From assembly GCA_951406725.2 (NCBI GenBank), contig OX597839.1, positions 31,992,001 to 32,056,000 of the forward strand: DNA of 64,000 nucleotides. Direction: 5' to 3'. This DNA comes from Octopus vulgaris (Eukaryota). Of the stretch, positions 14,395-27,171 are shown piece by piece (the first letter of the stretch is position 1; each line of letters opens with the position of its first letter). Made by a program: the position numbers and the translations under genes. The notes beneath the pieces were generated by a model. That model was not told the origin of the DNA. It saw only the letters and a program-made list of their open reading frames with translations, and made no database searches.

Positions 14395-16289
14395 GTTGGG
14401 TTTGGTACATCCATTCTCAAACATTCAATTCCACTTGTTTCTAAATTACATTGATTTTTTTTGTCAAGTGGGTTTCGTCTACTGTTTATTTGTCTATTTT
14501 CAACAGAACCACTCGCTGTCTCTAGTTAGTTTATAATTGAGGTTAATAAAATGCCTTGATTTATGACTCAACAAAACAAATATAACAGCTTATAACTTCG
14601 GCTCATCTGGTTCCTACAATACACCAGACACAAATTGTGTGGCTTTAATCGATCACCTTTTCCATAACAAATATACAATACTAAACAGTTATAACCTTTC
14701 TTACTCAAGCACTGAGTAAAATACAATGGAATATTTTCATTTATAGATTTGGAAAGGCGGTTAAATGCAATATTTTTATTTGCTCAGCAAGAAATCTTTA
14801 ACTGAGAAATATGTAGAAGCAAGATAAGTTGATCAAATCCACTTTCAATAAAAACTGTTTTCTGCACAAAAGAATACTATTTCTTCAATCTTTAATAAAT
14901 ACCTAAAGAAATCCAGGGATGAGCTCTGTCTGTATCTCCTCTTGATAGATTTATTTACTGTATTTAGTACAACGTATCAGATTCTTTTGAATGACTTAAG
15001 AAATCTAGATACAAGTGTAAATAATACATTTGGAGAGTTCGTGCTTAATAGATATTACTCATTAAGGAAACTTGCAGCACAAAAGATCACAGGGTCAGAG
15101 TGAATAATTCTTTTGAGTAAGCTGTTATTGTTTTTTTTTTTTAAATAAAGCAAGTAATTTATTTCTAAAATAAAATATAGAATTTGGCCTTTCACCAATC
15201 GTTTGGGTATATTCCTGCAGTGAAAGAAGTCTAGGATTAATTATCTAAATGCAGATTACAGTCATATTTATGGTACAAGTATACTAGTCAACAATTTTTA
15301 TCTTACAGTGGTTCATCTCTTATCTAAAAGTTACATTCGAAAAGTTATAAACAAAATGGGTTCAGAACTGCATGTGGTGTAGGCAATGTCTGCTGCAGAG
15401 CCATGGTTTTGATGCTTTTCCACATAAAAATGCATCTGTACTGGTGCCACATATAAAGCGCTCTTGACAGCGGTGCCACGTAAAAAGTACCCAGTAAAAG
15501 GCACTCTGAAAATTGGTTGGCATCAGGGAGGGCATCCAGCCATAGAAACCTTTCCAAAACAGAGAATTGGAGCCTGGTGCAGCTCTCTGGCTCACCAGCT
15601 CCTGTCAAACCACTCAACCCATGCCAGCATGGAAAACAGACGTTGAATGGTGATGATGATGATTAAATTTACCACTTTGCAGACCTGACTCATACACACC
15701 ACCCTTTACTTTAGATCACAGAAAAGCAATTTTGTATTAAACGTTTCCCACTTATCATTAAATAGATGAAACATTATTCAACTAGAGATTCTAGCCATAG
15801 CCATCTCATTTTTTTTATCTAGCATTCTGTAGGTTATTACTCAATTACTTCTTCCTTTTTAAGACTACATAATACTACAACTCCAGTACAAGATTGCTCT
15901 TCCACCTCAAATTTCTGATTATACCCTGATAAGATAGAACTAGCAAATCCAGAGTAGGGGGCCTCACATCATAAGTAAAAAATTTTGGCAGTAGAAAAAC
16001 AAAGAAATATGTTACATAACAGCCATATTGAACTCCTTACACAGCACCAGTGCATATGAAGGGGACAGTGTGGTTTCCCCACTGGCCTAAACACAGAGTA
16101 TAGAAGAATAAGATTTGTGAATCAGCTCTAGTTGTCCATCTGGTTATTTATGAAACAGAGACCATCTCGATCAGAGGTGGCTTGAGGCTAAACAACTACT
16201 ACTAGATGAAGTACGAAAACGGACAACGGCTGGATGATGACAATACTAAGAAGAAATAGAAGAATAAAAGTGGAGTTTTTCTAACTATA

Positions 16290-16640
16290 TCTACAAAGTT
16301 TTTAGTCAAATGAATAGACCCCAATACCTACTTTTTTTTAAAGCCTGGTAGTTATTTTATCAGTCTCTTTTGCCAAACCACTAAGTTACAGGGATGTAAA
16401 CACACCAACACCAGTGGACAAGCAATGGTGGGAGACTAACACAGACAGAAAAGCACACAAACATAGATGTATATACAACAGGCTTCTGTCAGTTTCCTTC
16501 TATCAAATCCACTCACAAGGTTTTGGTCAGCCTGAAGCTATAATAGAAGACACTTGCCAAAGGTGGCATTTAGTAGGGTTGAACTCAGAACCATGTGGTT
16601 GGAAAACAAGCTTCTTACCAAACAGGTATGCCTGTGCCTG
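16290..16640 (-). mobile_element. Family A SINE
   Basis: Reverse complement of the 29666-30070 element (aaatccactcacaagg...gaaccatgtggttgg). Confidence 0.85.
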
Positions 16641-17829
16641 CAACAAAGTTAGGGACCACATACAGAAATTGAAATTATTGGACAAAGTGAACTTCTAAAA
16701 CTACATAATTGACACCATAGCTAGTACTTATATACTGACTCTCTATGTAGTATACATACATATTGCTCAATAAAAGAGAAAAAAAATACATTCACAGATT
16801 CTCTCTAACTTTTTTCCTCTTTAAGTTTGAATGACTTGGGTGCTTTCCTTAATAACATATCTGAAATTCTCCCTCATACACCTACTACTTCTGCACATAG
16901 TACTTCAAATATGAGATGTGCAAGTCCTGCTAAGTAATTGGCTATATTGAGTGGCCATGCACACACTGACATGTGACAAGAGTGTAACCAATGAAAGCTA
17001 TTTCTAGCTGAAACCATTCATGGCAGGGTGAAGTCATCAGATTGTCTGTCAATCATGAAAAAAAGTAAAAAAACAAAAGGAAAGAATTAGTAAATGAAAT
17101 GATAAGAACTTGAGGAAAAAATAAGAGAAAATGAATAATATTTATCAGATTATGGTTCAGTTGTGCTTTTTAAACTTTTGCAAGTTGTCTGTTTCTATTA
17201 TGTCTATTTTATGCTAACTTTGCACTTCGTGTCTTACATCGAATATTCAGTAAGCCTTTTTTTGTGTAAGGAGCATCTATTATTAAATACATTTCAGCCA
17301 TTAAGCTTGTAGATAATAACAGGTTAGCTACAGAGTAGAGATTTATCTATCATTTCTCTTATCACTGATCTTGATAGCTTTCATCAACCACTTGTAACCT
17401 GTCAGTCAAAAACATTAGTAATTCAGTTGCTAATGTTGAGCTCTGATTTTTAAGGAAAAAACTTATTTTTCAGTTTTTCTCTGTTTCACTTGTATCAGCA
17501 GTCTTAATTCTTCCAATTAACATTGCCGTTTATTTTCTCAAAAATAAATTTTATTGCAGACCTTCAACAGATACGTATTTACTAACAGACAACAATATAA
17601 GAATATAGGTGCAGGTGAGGCTGTGTGGTAAAAAGTTTACTTTCCAACCACATGATTCAGCCACAGAGGATGTCCTTACATTCAGGGCTGCCCTAAGCAC
17701 AGCCCTGATGGTCCACAACCCTTGATTCTTCCATTATTTGATGAGACATTAAGACATAATAGATTGAACATTTAGTTTTCTTCTTGTCCTCGCCCTCAAC
17801 TATAGTAAATACAACCAGGTTCTTTTTTC

Positions 17830-17985
17830 ACAGCTCTAGTACTAAATTGGAATGGTTGGAATGCTGCCAGAAAGGGTCACAAAACTGATTCCTCAAACAA
17901 AACCAACTAACAGGAAACATAGGGACAGACCGTGAGCATAATATTCATAGTCTCGGTTGGTCAATGCTTGGGAATCCAGCAGGAA
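17830..17985 (+). mobile_element. Degraded CR1-like LINE 3' fragment
   Basis: Remnants of the LE..Q.R.TKLIP and RLVNAW motifs, with frameshifts. Confidence 0.5.
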
Positions 17986-18784
17986 AATTTAATAATGGGG
18001 TTTTTTTTCTGCAAGAATGCTATGGAGGAGGTACCTGAGGACTTTACCCCAACAATACTCCCAGGAAAAGTTGGCTATGAAAATGGATGGATGAAGAAAT
18101 TATTTATTTAACATTAATTAGCAGTAAACAAGATAAGCGAAATATGAATGTGAAAAAAAATGTAAATTACCACATTTTTAAAGTTGGTTTTCCAAAAAGG
18201 AAAATTGTTTATAAAGGGGGGGAAATATGCATACAAATTCTTGAGGTATTGATTCTCAACACATCCTGGGAGACATTGCATGTGCTATGAACACACATTG
18301 TCAAAAGAGAGTTGTTCTCTGATGATGAAATACAATAGCTATCAGCATATTCACATGTGAATCTGCCAGAATGTGTTGAGAATAGATACATTAGTGCATT
18401 ATTGTACAGATACAAAAACTTATTGAAAAACAATTCTTTCTACAAAAATCAATGCAGGTCAATTTTTGAAAGAAAATTTCTAATGAATATCATTATTTGT
18501 ACAAAACAAAAACGGGTTTTATTCTATTAGTCTCTAATCTTCAAAATACATAACATCCCAACATACAGGGATCAAAAGATACTTCAGTTTGTTGGGACCT
18601 ACTTATAACTTTATTGATACCTTTTTTTAAATTTTTATTTGTAAAGGTCTTGATCAACTGAAACGCAGAGCAACATCAATGCTTAACTCTGAATCTGGGC
18701 AGAATAAGCCATTGAAGTTGGTCTGTGTAGGCATTGCCAAATTCCAATTTTGCTGTATTCCCAAGTTTAAAATATATCATTAAT

Positions 18785-19128
18785 ATGTGGCCGTTGCCAG
18801 CCCCGCCTGGCCCCCATGCCAGTGGCATGTAAAAAACACCATCCGTTCATGGCCGTTGCCAGCCTCGCCTGGCCCCTGTGCTGGTGGCACATAAAAAGCA
18901 TCATCCGATTGTGGCCGTTTGCCAGACTTGTCTGGTACCTGTGCCGGTGGCACATAAAAAGCACCCATTACACTCTCGGAGTGGTTGGCATTAGGAAGGG
19001 CATCCAGCCGTAGAAACATTGCCAGATCAAACTGGGCCTGGTGAAGCCTTCTGGCTTCCCAGACCCCAGTTGAACCGTCCAACCCATGCTAGCATGGAAA
19101 GCAGACGCTAAACGATGATGATGATGAT
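18785..19128 (+). mobile_element. RTE-tail SINE / LINE 3' end with three internal tandem units and a (GAT)n tail
   Basis: Repeated ggccgttgccagcc...ggcacataaaaagca units; similar copies at 10110-10330, 15430-15662 and 43895-44107. Confidence 0.85.
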
Positions 19129-19391
19129 GTTATTAATATTGTTGTTTATGTAAATGCATTCTTTTTGCTATTGACAGTGTAAACCCCATTTTTGTGGGCC
19201 TCCTGACTCAGAAGCATCCTTTTTGTACTATGATAGACCTGGCAATGTTAAAGAGTTGTGGTACCTCTTGCCTAGGTGCCCTAAGTACCCACTTATTTTA
19301 CTTAATGGTTAATTTGGGTATGCATGTCATTCAATCATGTTAGGCACTTCCAGTGAATTTATGCTATTGACAATGATGTTAGAATGACACA

Positions 19392-19431
<40 letters not shown>

Positions 19432-19699
19432 ACACATCTGTCATCCTTTACTTGTTTCAGTCATTAGACTGTGGTCATGCTGCAGCACTGCCTTGAAGAA
19501 TTTTTAAATGAAAGAATCAACCCTGGTACTTATCTTCTTTTTTAAATCTGGGACTATTATATTGGTCTTTTTTACTGAACAACTAATTTACATGGATGTA
19601 AACACACCAACACCTGTCATCAGGCAGCAGGGGAGGGGAACAAAGACAAAGACAAAGTCACACACATGTGTGTATGTATGTATGTATGTATGTACATAC

Positions 19700-19767
<68 letters not shown>

Positions 19768-20179
19768 GGTTGGCCTCTTTCAGTTTCTGGTCCTAGATGG
19801 ATTTTCTCCTGAATCAGGAGGATTACATCATTCATGTTATCACATGTTATGCATGCTTTCATTACATTTCTGTCTCTTCTATTTCTTTCTCCTCCTCATC
19901 ATTATTTAATGTCCATCTTCCCCCAAAATTTCAGTCCTTGTGCCTATAATAGAAAGGATTATTATTATGTTTATTTTTAGAGCTGGTAGTATTATTGAAG
20001 CATTAGGAAAATGCCTTGCAGAATTTGTTCTGGGTCTTTACACATTCTGAGTCCAAAATCCCACTAAGGTCAACTTTGCCTTTCACCCCTCTGGGGTTGA
20101 TGAAACAAAGAATTATTCTAGTTCTAGGGTCAATGTAATCAACTATAGCGTCTACTCAAAATTCTTCATGTAGTGCCTT

Positions 20180-20605
20180 GGTGAGCTGGCAGAATCATTA
20201 ACCCATCAGACAAAAATGCTTAGTGGCATTTCGCCTGTCTTTATGTTCTGAGTTCAAATTCTGCCAAGGCCAACTTTACCTTTTCATTCTTTTAGGCTCA
20301 ATAAAATAAGTACCAGTTGAGCACTGGGGTTGATATAATTGATTTACACCCTTCTCCAAAATTGCTGGCCTTGTGTCAAAATTTGAAACCATTATTAAGC
20401 TAAATAAGGTGGCAAGCTGACAGATTCATTAACACACTGGGCAAAATGCTCAGTTGCATTTCGCTCATCTTTAAGTTCTGGGTTCAAATTCTGCTGAGGT
20501 TAACTTTGCTTTTCATCCTCATGGGATCAATAAAATAAGTAGCAGCTGAATACTGCAATGAATGTAATCAAAATTGCCGGCCTTGGGCCAAAATTTGAAA
20601 TCATT
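20180..20605 (+). mobile_element. Tandem family B SINE copies
   Basis: gtgagctggcagaatc...gagttcaaattctgcc...aaatttgaaacc, occurring twice. Confidence 0.85.
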
Positions 20606-21441
20606 ATTATTAAACTAAATCTAATCATTTGCTTAAACACATTTTTACCACATCTGAAAGTCAATGGGCTAGTCTCTATATAGTCACTCAAGCTGCTAGA
20701 AACAGCAACCAAATTTTTCTGAAATCACACCGTCTTCTTAAAAATAGAAAGATCACTTAGGTAGCATCATCCTAGATACTCCTAAAAAGATGAGATGGTC
20801 ATGGCTGGACTGCCTCTAATTGCAAGCCTCCTGAACCAGGGCTGACCGGGCAATAAACAGCATCATCTTATTAAGAGACATTAGAAACCTAGTGTAGATG
20901 AATACAATAAACTTTTAACTGTTATGCAACCAGGATTTGATTTCCCCTCTACTCTATAATGGCAACTGTTAACACTCAGTCAAAACAAAGTATTGATTTA
21001 TAAGACACACAAATTCATAAAATGAAAACAAAGCAGAAACAGCTAATATGATAATAAATCTGCAATTGAGCAAAAGTAAGGAAAATATGTAAAGCTTGTA
21101 ATTTCTTTCATACAGAAAGATTTTCCTTTTTTTTTTTTCTTGTCTTTTTTATTTTTTCCTCTTATTAATCTTTGCTAAAGTGGTTTTCTATTTTTCAGAT
21201 GGGTGTACCCAGAAAAATATTAAGTAAATTATAGCTATCTATGGTTTATAGAGTAATAGTAAAGCCAGACAGCAAGATCAATACTACTTCTTTTTCGGCT
21301 TATTATGGTCTGGTGGCTAGGAAACTACATTGATTGTTTAAATCTTGCATAGTATTAATGATAAAACTACTGGTTGCTAACTGATTCTATCTTAATACAA
21401 ACTGGTATAACCATTATAAAAGATAATCATATATGTATGTG

Positions 21442-21501
<60 letters not shown>

Positions 21502-21510
21502 TTTTTGACA

Positions 21511-21541
<31 letters not shown>

Positions 21542-22041
21542 TTGTCAAAAATTTAATTTGCTAAATAAAGAAACTGCTTATAAAAATTGTAACTTAATTA
21601 GTTTCTCAAAATATGCCTGACCTCAGTAACATAAGGAAGGGATCGTGTTATAAATTATACATGAAATATTAATGAAATACCTTTTATTTTCTGCTGTTTT
21701 TGTTTTGTAATAAATTGAATGGAAAGTAATAGCTTGACAAAATAATTCTATCAAATTCATAAAAATTTGGTAATTTATTTTATATAATGAAATATTAACT
21801 ACCATTGGGGAAAACATAATCTAAAACATTTCCATCAGACTGGGTAGGTAATTTATAATTCTTGATAAACTTAACAGGCAAAAACTGGATGAAATATAAA
21901 CACATTAATAATAAAGTACTTGCAACAAATGCATTACTATTGATAACATTCTGTTGTATTAAATGAAGCTCAATCGTAGAAAATGTTAAAGGAAAAAGAA
22001 AAAATTGCCAACTGTTCAATCTATCTTATATATTTTTATGA

Positions 22042-22091
<50 letters not shown>

Positions 22092-22095
<4 letters not shown>

Positions 22096-23100
22096 ATATT
22101 TTTGATAAAAGATAAAAGCAGCCTGTATCAGCTTTATCTTTAGTTGTAATCAGAAAGGAAAATTGTATGTACATAGGTAATATAAAGTCAAAAATGGTCA
22201 AATTAGTCAGCTCTTATTAATCATTTCAACACAACAGCAAACCAGTAACATCTATAATATCTACAGATTTGTCTACCCTACAATTTATTTGAAAGTATTT
22301 CATTTTTGTATTTGATTTGCAAGATTTTTTATGTGAACTAATGTATTGAAACACATTTTGTTGTATCTCGGAAAGGCCTTTAAAATAATAATAAACACAA
22401 GCATGGGTTCAATTTCAATTCATTATTAGTCAATAAGTTAGTTATTTAAGCCATAAACTAGTTGCTTAAATAACTAACCAATTGACTAATAATAAAGAAG
22501 TGAAATTGAACCAGTGTGTGTGTTTATTGGTGTAATGACCTTCCAAAGATACAAAATATATTTACAGCATTTTGTTATACACTTTATTTCTTTAGTGCAA
22601 TTACTTTATTCCTTCACTGTATTTAGTTTGTTAACAGAATTTATAGTTAAGATAGTTTTCAAAACTATAATAATGATAATAGTCACAAATACCAACAGCA
22701 TTTAGTTAAATAAAAGATTAGTATTGTTTTTGAATTCAATGTAGCTTTTTGTTATTGAGAAACTATGTTGAAGTAGGAAGTCACAGAATGAAATTGTTTT
22801 GTTTTTTGGGGTTTTTTTTTTGCTGAAGAATTGTTCAAAGTTATTTACCAAAGTGTATCAGGAAGAAGCAATTTGAATAGTAGCAATGATGATGCAATTA
22901 TTTATAGTATGTAGGGGGGGGAGATAGAGTTGAAAGACTTTAATAGTATCTATGCAAGAGATTATAAGTGAACAGTTTAAGAAAAGATTTTAATCAATAA
23001 GGTAAATATAAATACATTTAACAAAAAAAAAGTTTCCTTGGAAATAAGTAGGGAACAGGGAACAAGCATTTGACATGGTTATTATAAATGTCAAAGATGT
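22092..23100 (+). pseudogene. FANCF: Possible FANCF-like relic nested antisense within a FAAP100 intron
   Basis: C-terminal matches only: ~22715 RLVLFL...KLC* (VLVHWL...AFCR), ~22908 YVGGE (WVGTE), V*EKIL (LKDKVL), 23059-23073 GTSI* (GLSIW; TGA for TGG). The N-terminal part is not convincingly alignable and is interrupted by an inverted-repeat element at ~22260-22570. Confidence 0.4.
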
Positions 23101-23659
23101 AATATTAAAATCTTAAAATCACTTTTAGCTTTAAAAGGTATCCAAAAATAACAGCAATGAGAAGTAGTTTTTATTTAGAATTTCAAAGACATTCAGCTTT
23201 GATTTTTATGTTATGAAATTACTATAAAATATAGCTTCAAAATTTAATCCTCTGCTCAACTAATAAGAATGCATGTAGTCTGTCAGCATTTATATCATCC
23301 ATTTGTGTTGGGAGAATTATATTTTCCACAATTCACACTTCATATCTAGCCATTGAAAATAAATAATTTAGAGTGACAAGTCTTACAGACTGATGATTCT
23401 TCTCCATCAAACACGAACAAAAATGTATTACATAATCCTCTCTTGCAACAGAAAATAATAAGCAGTGAAGTAAAAACTGAAAAGAAACATTTCAAAATCA
23501 GATGTTGAAAATCTCTTCCTATTCAACATTGCTCTTATTATTCAAAGCTTTTATATACTCTCTGAAAATAATGTCCTTTTTTTATTGAAGCACCTGCTCA
23601 AAAATAAACATAGAGATTACATAAATTCAAACAAATTATGGCTTTCAAATATTTTTGTC

Positions 23660-24305
23660 TATGGGGAAACTGAGTATCCTTGTGTTTATGGGAAACTGAG
23701 TGCTTTTATGAATATAGGGGCTGAGTACCTTTATGCATACGGGGAACAAAGCATATTTGTATATATGGAAAACTGAACGTCTTTATATAAATAGGAGATC
23801 TGAGTACTTTCATGTATGCTAAGAAACTGAGTGCATTTATGCATATGGAAAAAACTGAGCACATTTATGTACACAAGGAAACTGAGTACCTTTTATGTAA
23901 ATGAGAGAAAATGAATGCTATTATGTGGATAGGAAAACTGAGCACAACATGGAAATTGAGTGGATTTTGAGTGTATGTAAGAAAATAGCATATTTACGTA
24001 CAGAGAAAGAGATGACCTTTAGGAAAATGATGAAAACTGAACACTTTTATGCATACAAAGAAACTGAGCACCTTTAAGTAAGTGAAGAAAACTGATTGCC
24101 TTTATAGATATATGTGAGAAAACTGAGCACCTTTATGCATATGGAGAAATTGAGCACGTTTATGTATACAGGGTAACTAAGAGCCTTTATGCCTATGGGG
24201 AAATGGAATGCCTTTATGTATATAAGGAATACTTTTATGAATGCAGGAAACTGAGTGCTGGGCACATTTCTGAGAAATTATAACACTTATGTATATAGAA
24301 AAATG
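23660..24305 (+). repeat. Degenerate ~29-30 bp minisatellite (about 20 units)
   Basis: Unit approximately ggaaactgagtacctttatgtatat, repeated. Confidence 0.85.
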
Positions 24306-24949
24306 AGAAATTTTTTTCAAAGATTCTGAATAGTTTAACTTATTTAAACTCATCACTTGTTTCCTACACTCCTAAGTTCCACAATTCCACTTCCTACAAT
24401 AAGAATGAACAGATATTTTCAAGAGAAGTTTTCCAATTCCTGGTGAGAGCGTACTATGATGGGTACAAATACAGAAGAGACCAGCCAGAGTAAGCAATCA
24501 GTAGAGTAGTTAGCAATATCTCTCAACCATGCATTGGCTGGACAAAAGTGACTCAAAGCTGCTCTGATCTCTTACGACATAATTCTGCTAGAACAAGAAT
24601 CAGCAGAATTGGTTGTTTTCTACCCTTATTTCAGACATTCTTAAAACATTTAGGGCTAAGCATGTGTACAACATCTTATAGCTATTTAAATGCTTTCCAA
24701 TATAAACTTACAGTTCATTTAAATGACTCTGACAAAGTCATAAAATGTTGCACAAGCACTTAACTCTGAGCACACTGCTTCACATAGCAGAAACAGCTGT
24801 AAGCTAATGAAGTTGATTACGTAATTCTTACTCTTTTGTCAATTATTTATATTACACTCTGTACACACCTAGTTCATTACTCTAAAGCAGAAGTATATTT
24901 AGTTCTAACAATGGTTATAAGTATCATTATGCCTAAGTGAAATTACAAC

Positions 24950-24990
<41 letters not shown>

Positions 24991-25740
24991 TATATAATGA
25001 TACATGTCAGCTAGATGGAACATTTAATGGGGGAATTGAGCACAACAGAATATATGCATAGTTACAGCCAGGAAGTTTGGTGTCTTCACTGACATTATAA
25101 AAGGTATTATCATAGACAAAAATGGTAAGAATACATAATTTCAAGACAGAAGCAGTTACAATACTGTTGGCCATTGCAGTGTACACTGACAGGAAATTCT
25201 TAACCACTCATCTGTATATTGTCATAAAAGGCAGCAAAATTAAAACCTACACCATTATTAATATATTATGTTCTAGAGGCAGGAACATATCAATCAAGTA
25301 ATCAATAGAAAATTAAGAAGTTGACATAGGAGGATCGAGAAGGAAAAGTAGAAAGAAGAGAGCTGCGTAAGAGTTCTATTAGGATCCATTATGACTGGAG
25401 CTCCAAGAATGGTAAAAATATAAAAAAGGAATTACAAAATAAGCATATTACCAATATGTCCTTCAGCTGTAGTTCTTTAAGTAAGGACAAAGCCTTAGGG
25501 AAAATATTTATAGGAGACAAAAGAAAAAAGCAACTGGACTAAAATAAACAATAAACATAAGTACAGATGTGGCTGTGTGGTAAGAGGTTTGCTTCACAAT
25601 CGTATGGTTCCAGGTTCAGTTCCACTGCACGGTACCTTGGGCAAGTGCCTTCTACTATGGCTTTGGCCGACCAAAGCCTTATGAATGGATTTGGTAGATG
25701 GAAACTGAAAAAAACCATTGTGTGTGTGGTAAAAGTATAT

Positions 25741-25958
25741 GGCAGAAACGTTAGCATGCTGGGCGAAATGCTTAGCAGTATTTCGTCTGCCACTCCATTC
25801 TGAGTTCAAATTCCGCCGAGGTCGACTTTGCCTTTCATCCTTTCGGGGTCGATTAAATAAGTACCAGTTACGCACTGGGGTCGATATAATCGACTTAATC
25901 CGTTTGTCTGTCCTTTGTCCTCTCTGTGTTTAGCCCCTTGTGGGTAGTAAAGAAATAG
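25741..25958 (+). mobile_element. 5'-truncated young family B SINE
   Basis: Near-identical to 1642-1860; direct repeat GTATATGGC at 25735-25743 and 25959-25967. Confidence 0.9.
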
Positions 25959-26499
25959 GTATATGGCTTAGTGGTTAGGGCATACAGTACACAATTGTAA
26001 GGTCATGAGTTCTATTCTTGGTGGTATGTTGAGTCTTTGAGCAGGACGCTTTATTTCATATTGTTCCAGTTCACTCAGCTGGTGAAAATGAGGAGTACCT
26101 ATACTTCAAGGGGCCAGCCTTGTCACATTCTGAATCTCTTTGAGAATTATATTAAAGGCATGCATGTCTGTGGAGTACTCAGCCACTTTCATGTTAATTT
26201 CCTGAGCAGGTTGTTCTGTTGATTGATCAGCTAGAACCCTTGTTGTAGTAACCGATGGAGTGCCAGTTTATATGTATGCATGTGGGGCTTTGTATCTGAG
26301 TTTGTCTCCAACACCACCACCGCCACCACTTGGCAACCAGTGTTGGTGTGTTTATGTCTCCATAATCTAACAGTTCAAAAAAGACACTAACAGAATAAGA
26401 ACTGGGGTCAATTCATTTGACTAGAAATTCTTCAAGGCAGTGCCCCAGCATGGTCACAGTCTAATGACTAGAACAAGTGAAGGATAAAAGCCTTTGTGA

Positions 26500-26760
26500 G
26501 TTTGCATAGATATCAAGGAAACTGTGAAAATTGAGAATCATCAGAACCCTGTCAGAATGATAAAGAGATTATAGAAAACAAGGGTGGCAATTGTACCACT
26601 AGTAATTGGTGCACTCACTACAGTGTCAAAACTGATACCTAAGTGATTGAAAGGATATTGGAATTGAGACAAATATTGTCAATGCGCAAAAAGGTGCCGT
26701 CTTATATTCTGCTAGAATCCTAAGAAGAATATTTGAGATTTCGGAACAGTAGTTGTCGTA
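26500..26760 (+). mobile_element. R4/Dong-like non-LTR retrotransposon C-terminal fragment
   Basis: RVAIVPLVIGALTTV... / IGIETNIVNAQKGAVLYSARILRRIFE, resembling the end of a restriction-like endonuclease domain. Confidence 0.7.
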
Positions 26761-26954
26761 AAATCTAGGAATAACATCTCTACTTGTTAAATTATCATGT
26801 AACAGCTTTTGTATAATAACAACAACCAAGTCAACTTTGCATTTCATCTTTTCAGGATCAATAAAATAAGTACCAGTTGAGCACTGGGGGGGGGTCACTG
26901 TAATCAACTTACTTCTTGTCCTAAAATCGCTGGCCTTGTGCCAAAATTTGAAAC

Positions 26955-26988
<34 letters not shown>

Positions 26989-27171
26989 ATTATTACTATT
27001 ATTATTATTATAATTATTATTATTATAATTATAATTATTATTATTATTATTATAATTATTATTATTATTATTATAATTATTATTATTATTATTATAATTA
27101 TTATTATAATTATTATTATTATTATAATTATTATTATTATTATTATAATATAATAATAATTATTATTATTA
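26955..27171 (+). repeat. (ATT)n microsatellite, SINE tail
   Basis: Directly visible; explains the poly-Ile ORFs. Confidence 0.97.

Larger units (their letters stand above)
6640..16937 (+). pseudogene. FANCA: Decayed FANCA-like gene relic, near full length, with residual splice sites
   Basis: Colinear peptides: ~6660 WDIISKRKLQQEK (WAELLAGRVKREK); ~6870-6990 FSCSILKHSVL and HYIHKMGFMQI (FAQYLLAHSMF, WHLHVQGIVSL); ORF 7066 KVLLIFGIDI (RMLIFALDA); ~7600 IQLLHNKPL...SFISVDP (TQILTHSPV...SFARTHP); ORF 8453 YLLQQLKQNFQIYKTIQPLLLAWEII ([25 protein letters not shown]); ~10410 FEKQG (FEHTG); ~12875 KFKFL (KFQFL); exon after the tttctcctacttaacag acceptor at ~13946 GILFHQIRSTD (GLLNACLRSRD); ~14910 KKSRDELCLYLLL (EREELLVFLFF); ~15300 FYLTVVHL/YLKV (FLHVAVDMYLKL); last exon ~16826 FLNNISEILP (FLLQLIPRCP). 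Confidence 0.7.
17310..24530 (-). pseudogene. FAAP100: Decayed FAAP100-like gene relic, N- to C-terminus
   Basis: Colinear: ~24490 LAGLFCIC...LSPG and LFILIVGSGIV (LAGFCCP...LAAG, VFLSTGSELV); ~23460 LLIIFCCKRGL (LLYALCARRGL); ~23320 IILP...LHAF (CILP...LCAF); ORF 21795-22019 WQFFLF...QFLPV (WKMQLF...HFLPV); ~18480-18210 IRNFLSKID...FL*K...NKFLYLYNNAL...LLTMCV...ICMHI (IKELLSGIG...FLKK...NKALTSLNEAM...LMATCV...LCIQV); ~17570 VSVEG...AMLIGRIKT (IQVES...AVVGRMQT); ~17400 LTDRLQVVDES (LRDRLCTEDEA). Confidence 0.7.

Noticed and set aside
22514-22580. YLQHF resembling FANCF YLRHI
   Set aside because: It overlaps the right arm of an inverted-repeat element, so it is not counted as evidence.
23660-24305. 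CRISPR-like array
   Set aside because: The units are contiguous and degenerate with no unique spacers; the context is eukaryotic and there are no cas genes.
24548-24640. Plus-strand LKAALIS resembling FANCG LRAAALIS
   Set aside because: It is an isolated match with no colinear context. The minus strand here fits the FANCE/FAAP100 junction, and FANCG has a colinear series at 32470-37610. This shows that chance matches of this length do occur.
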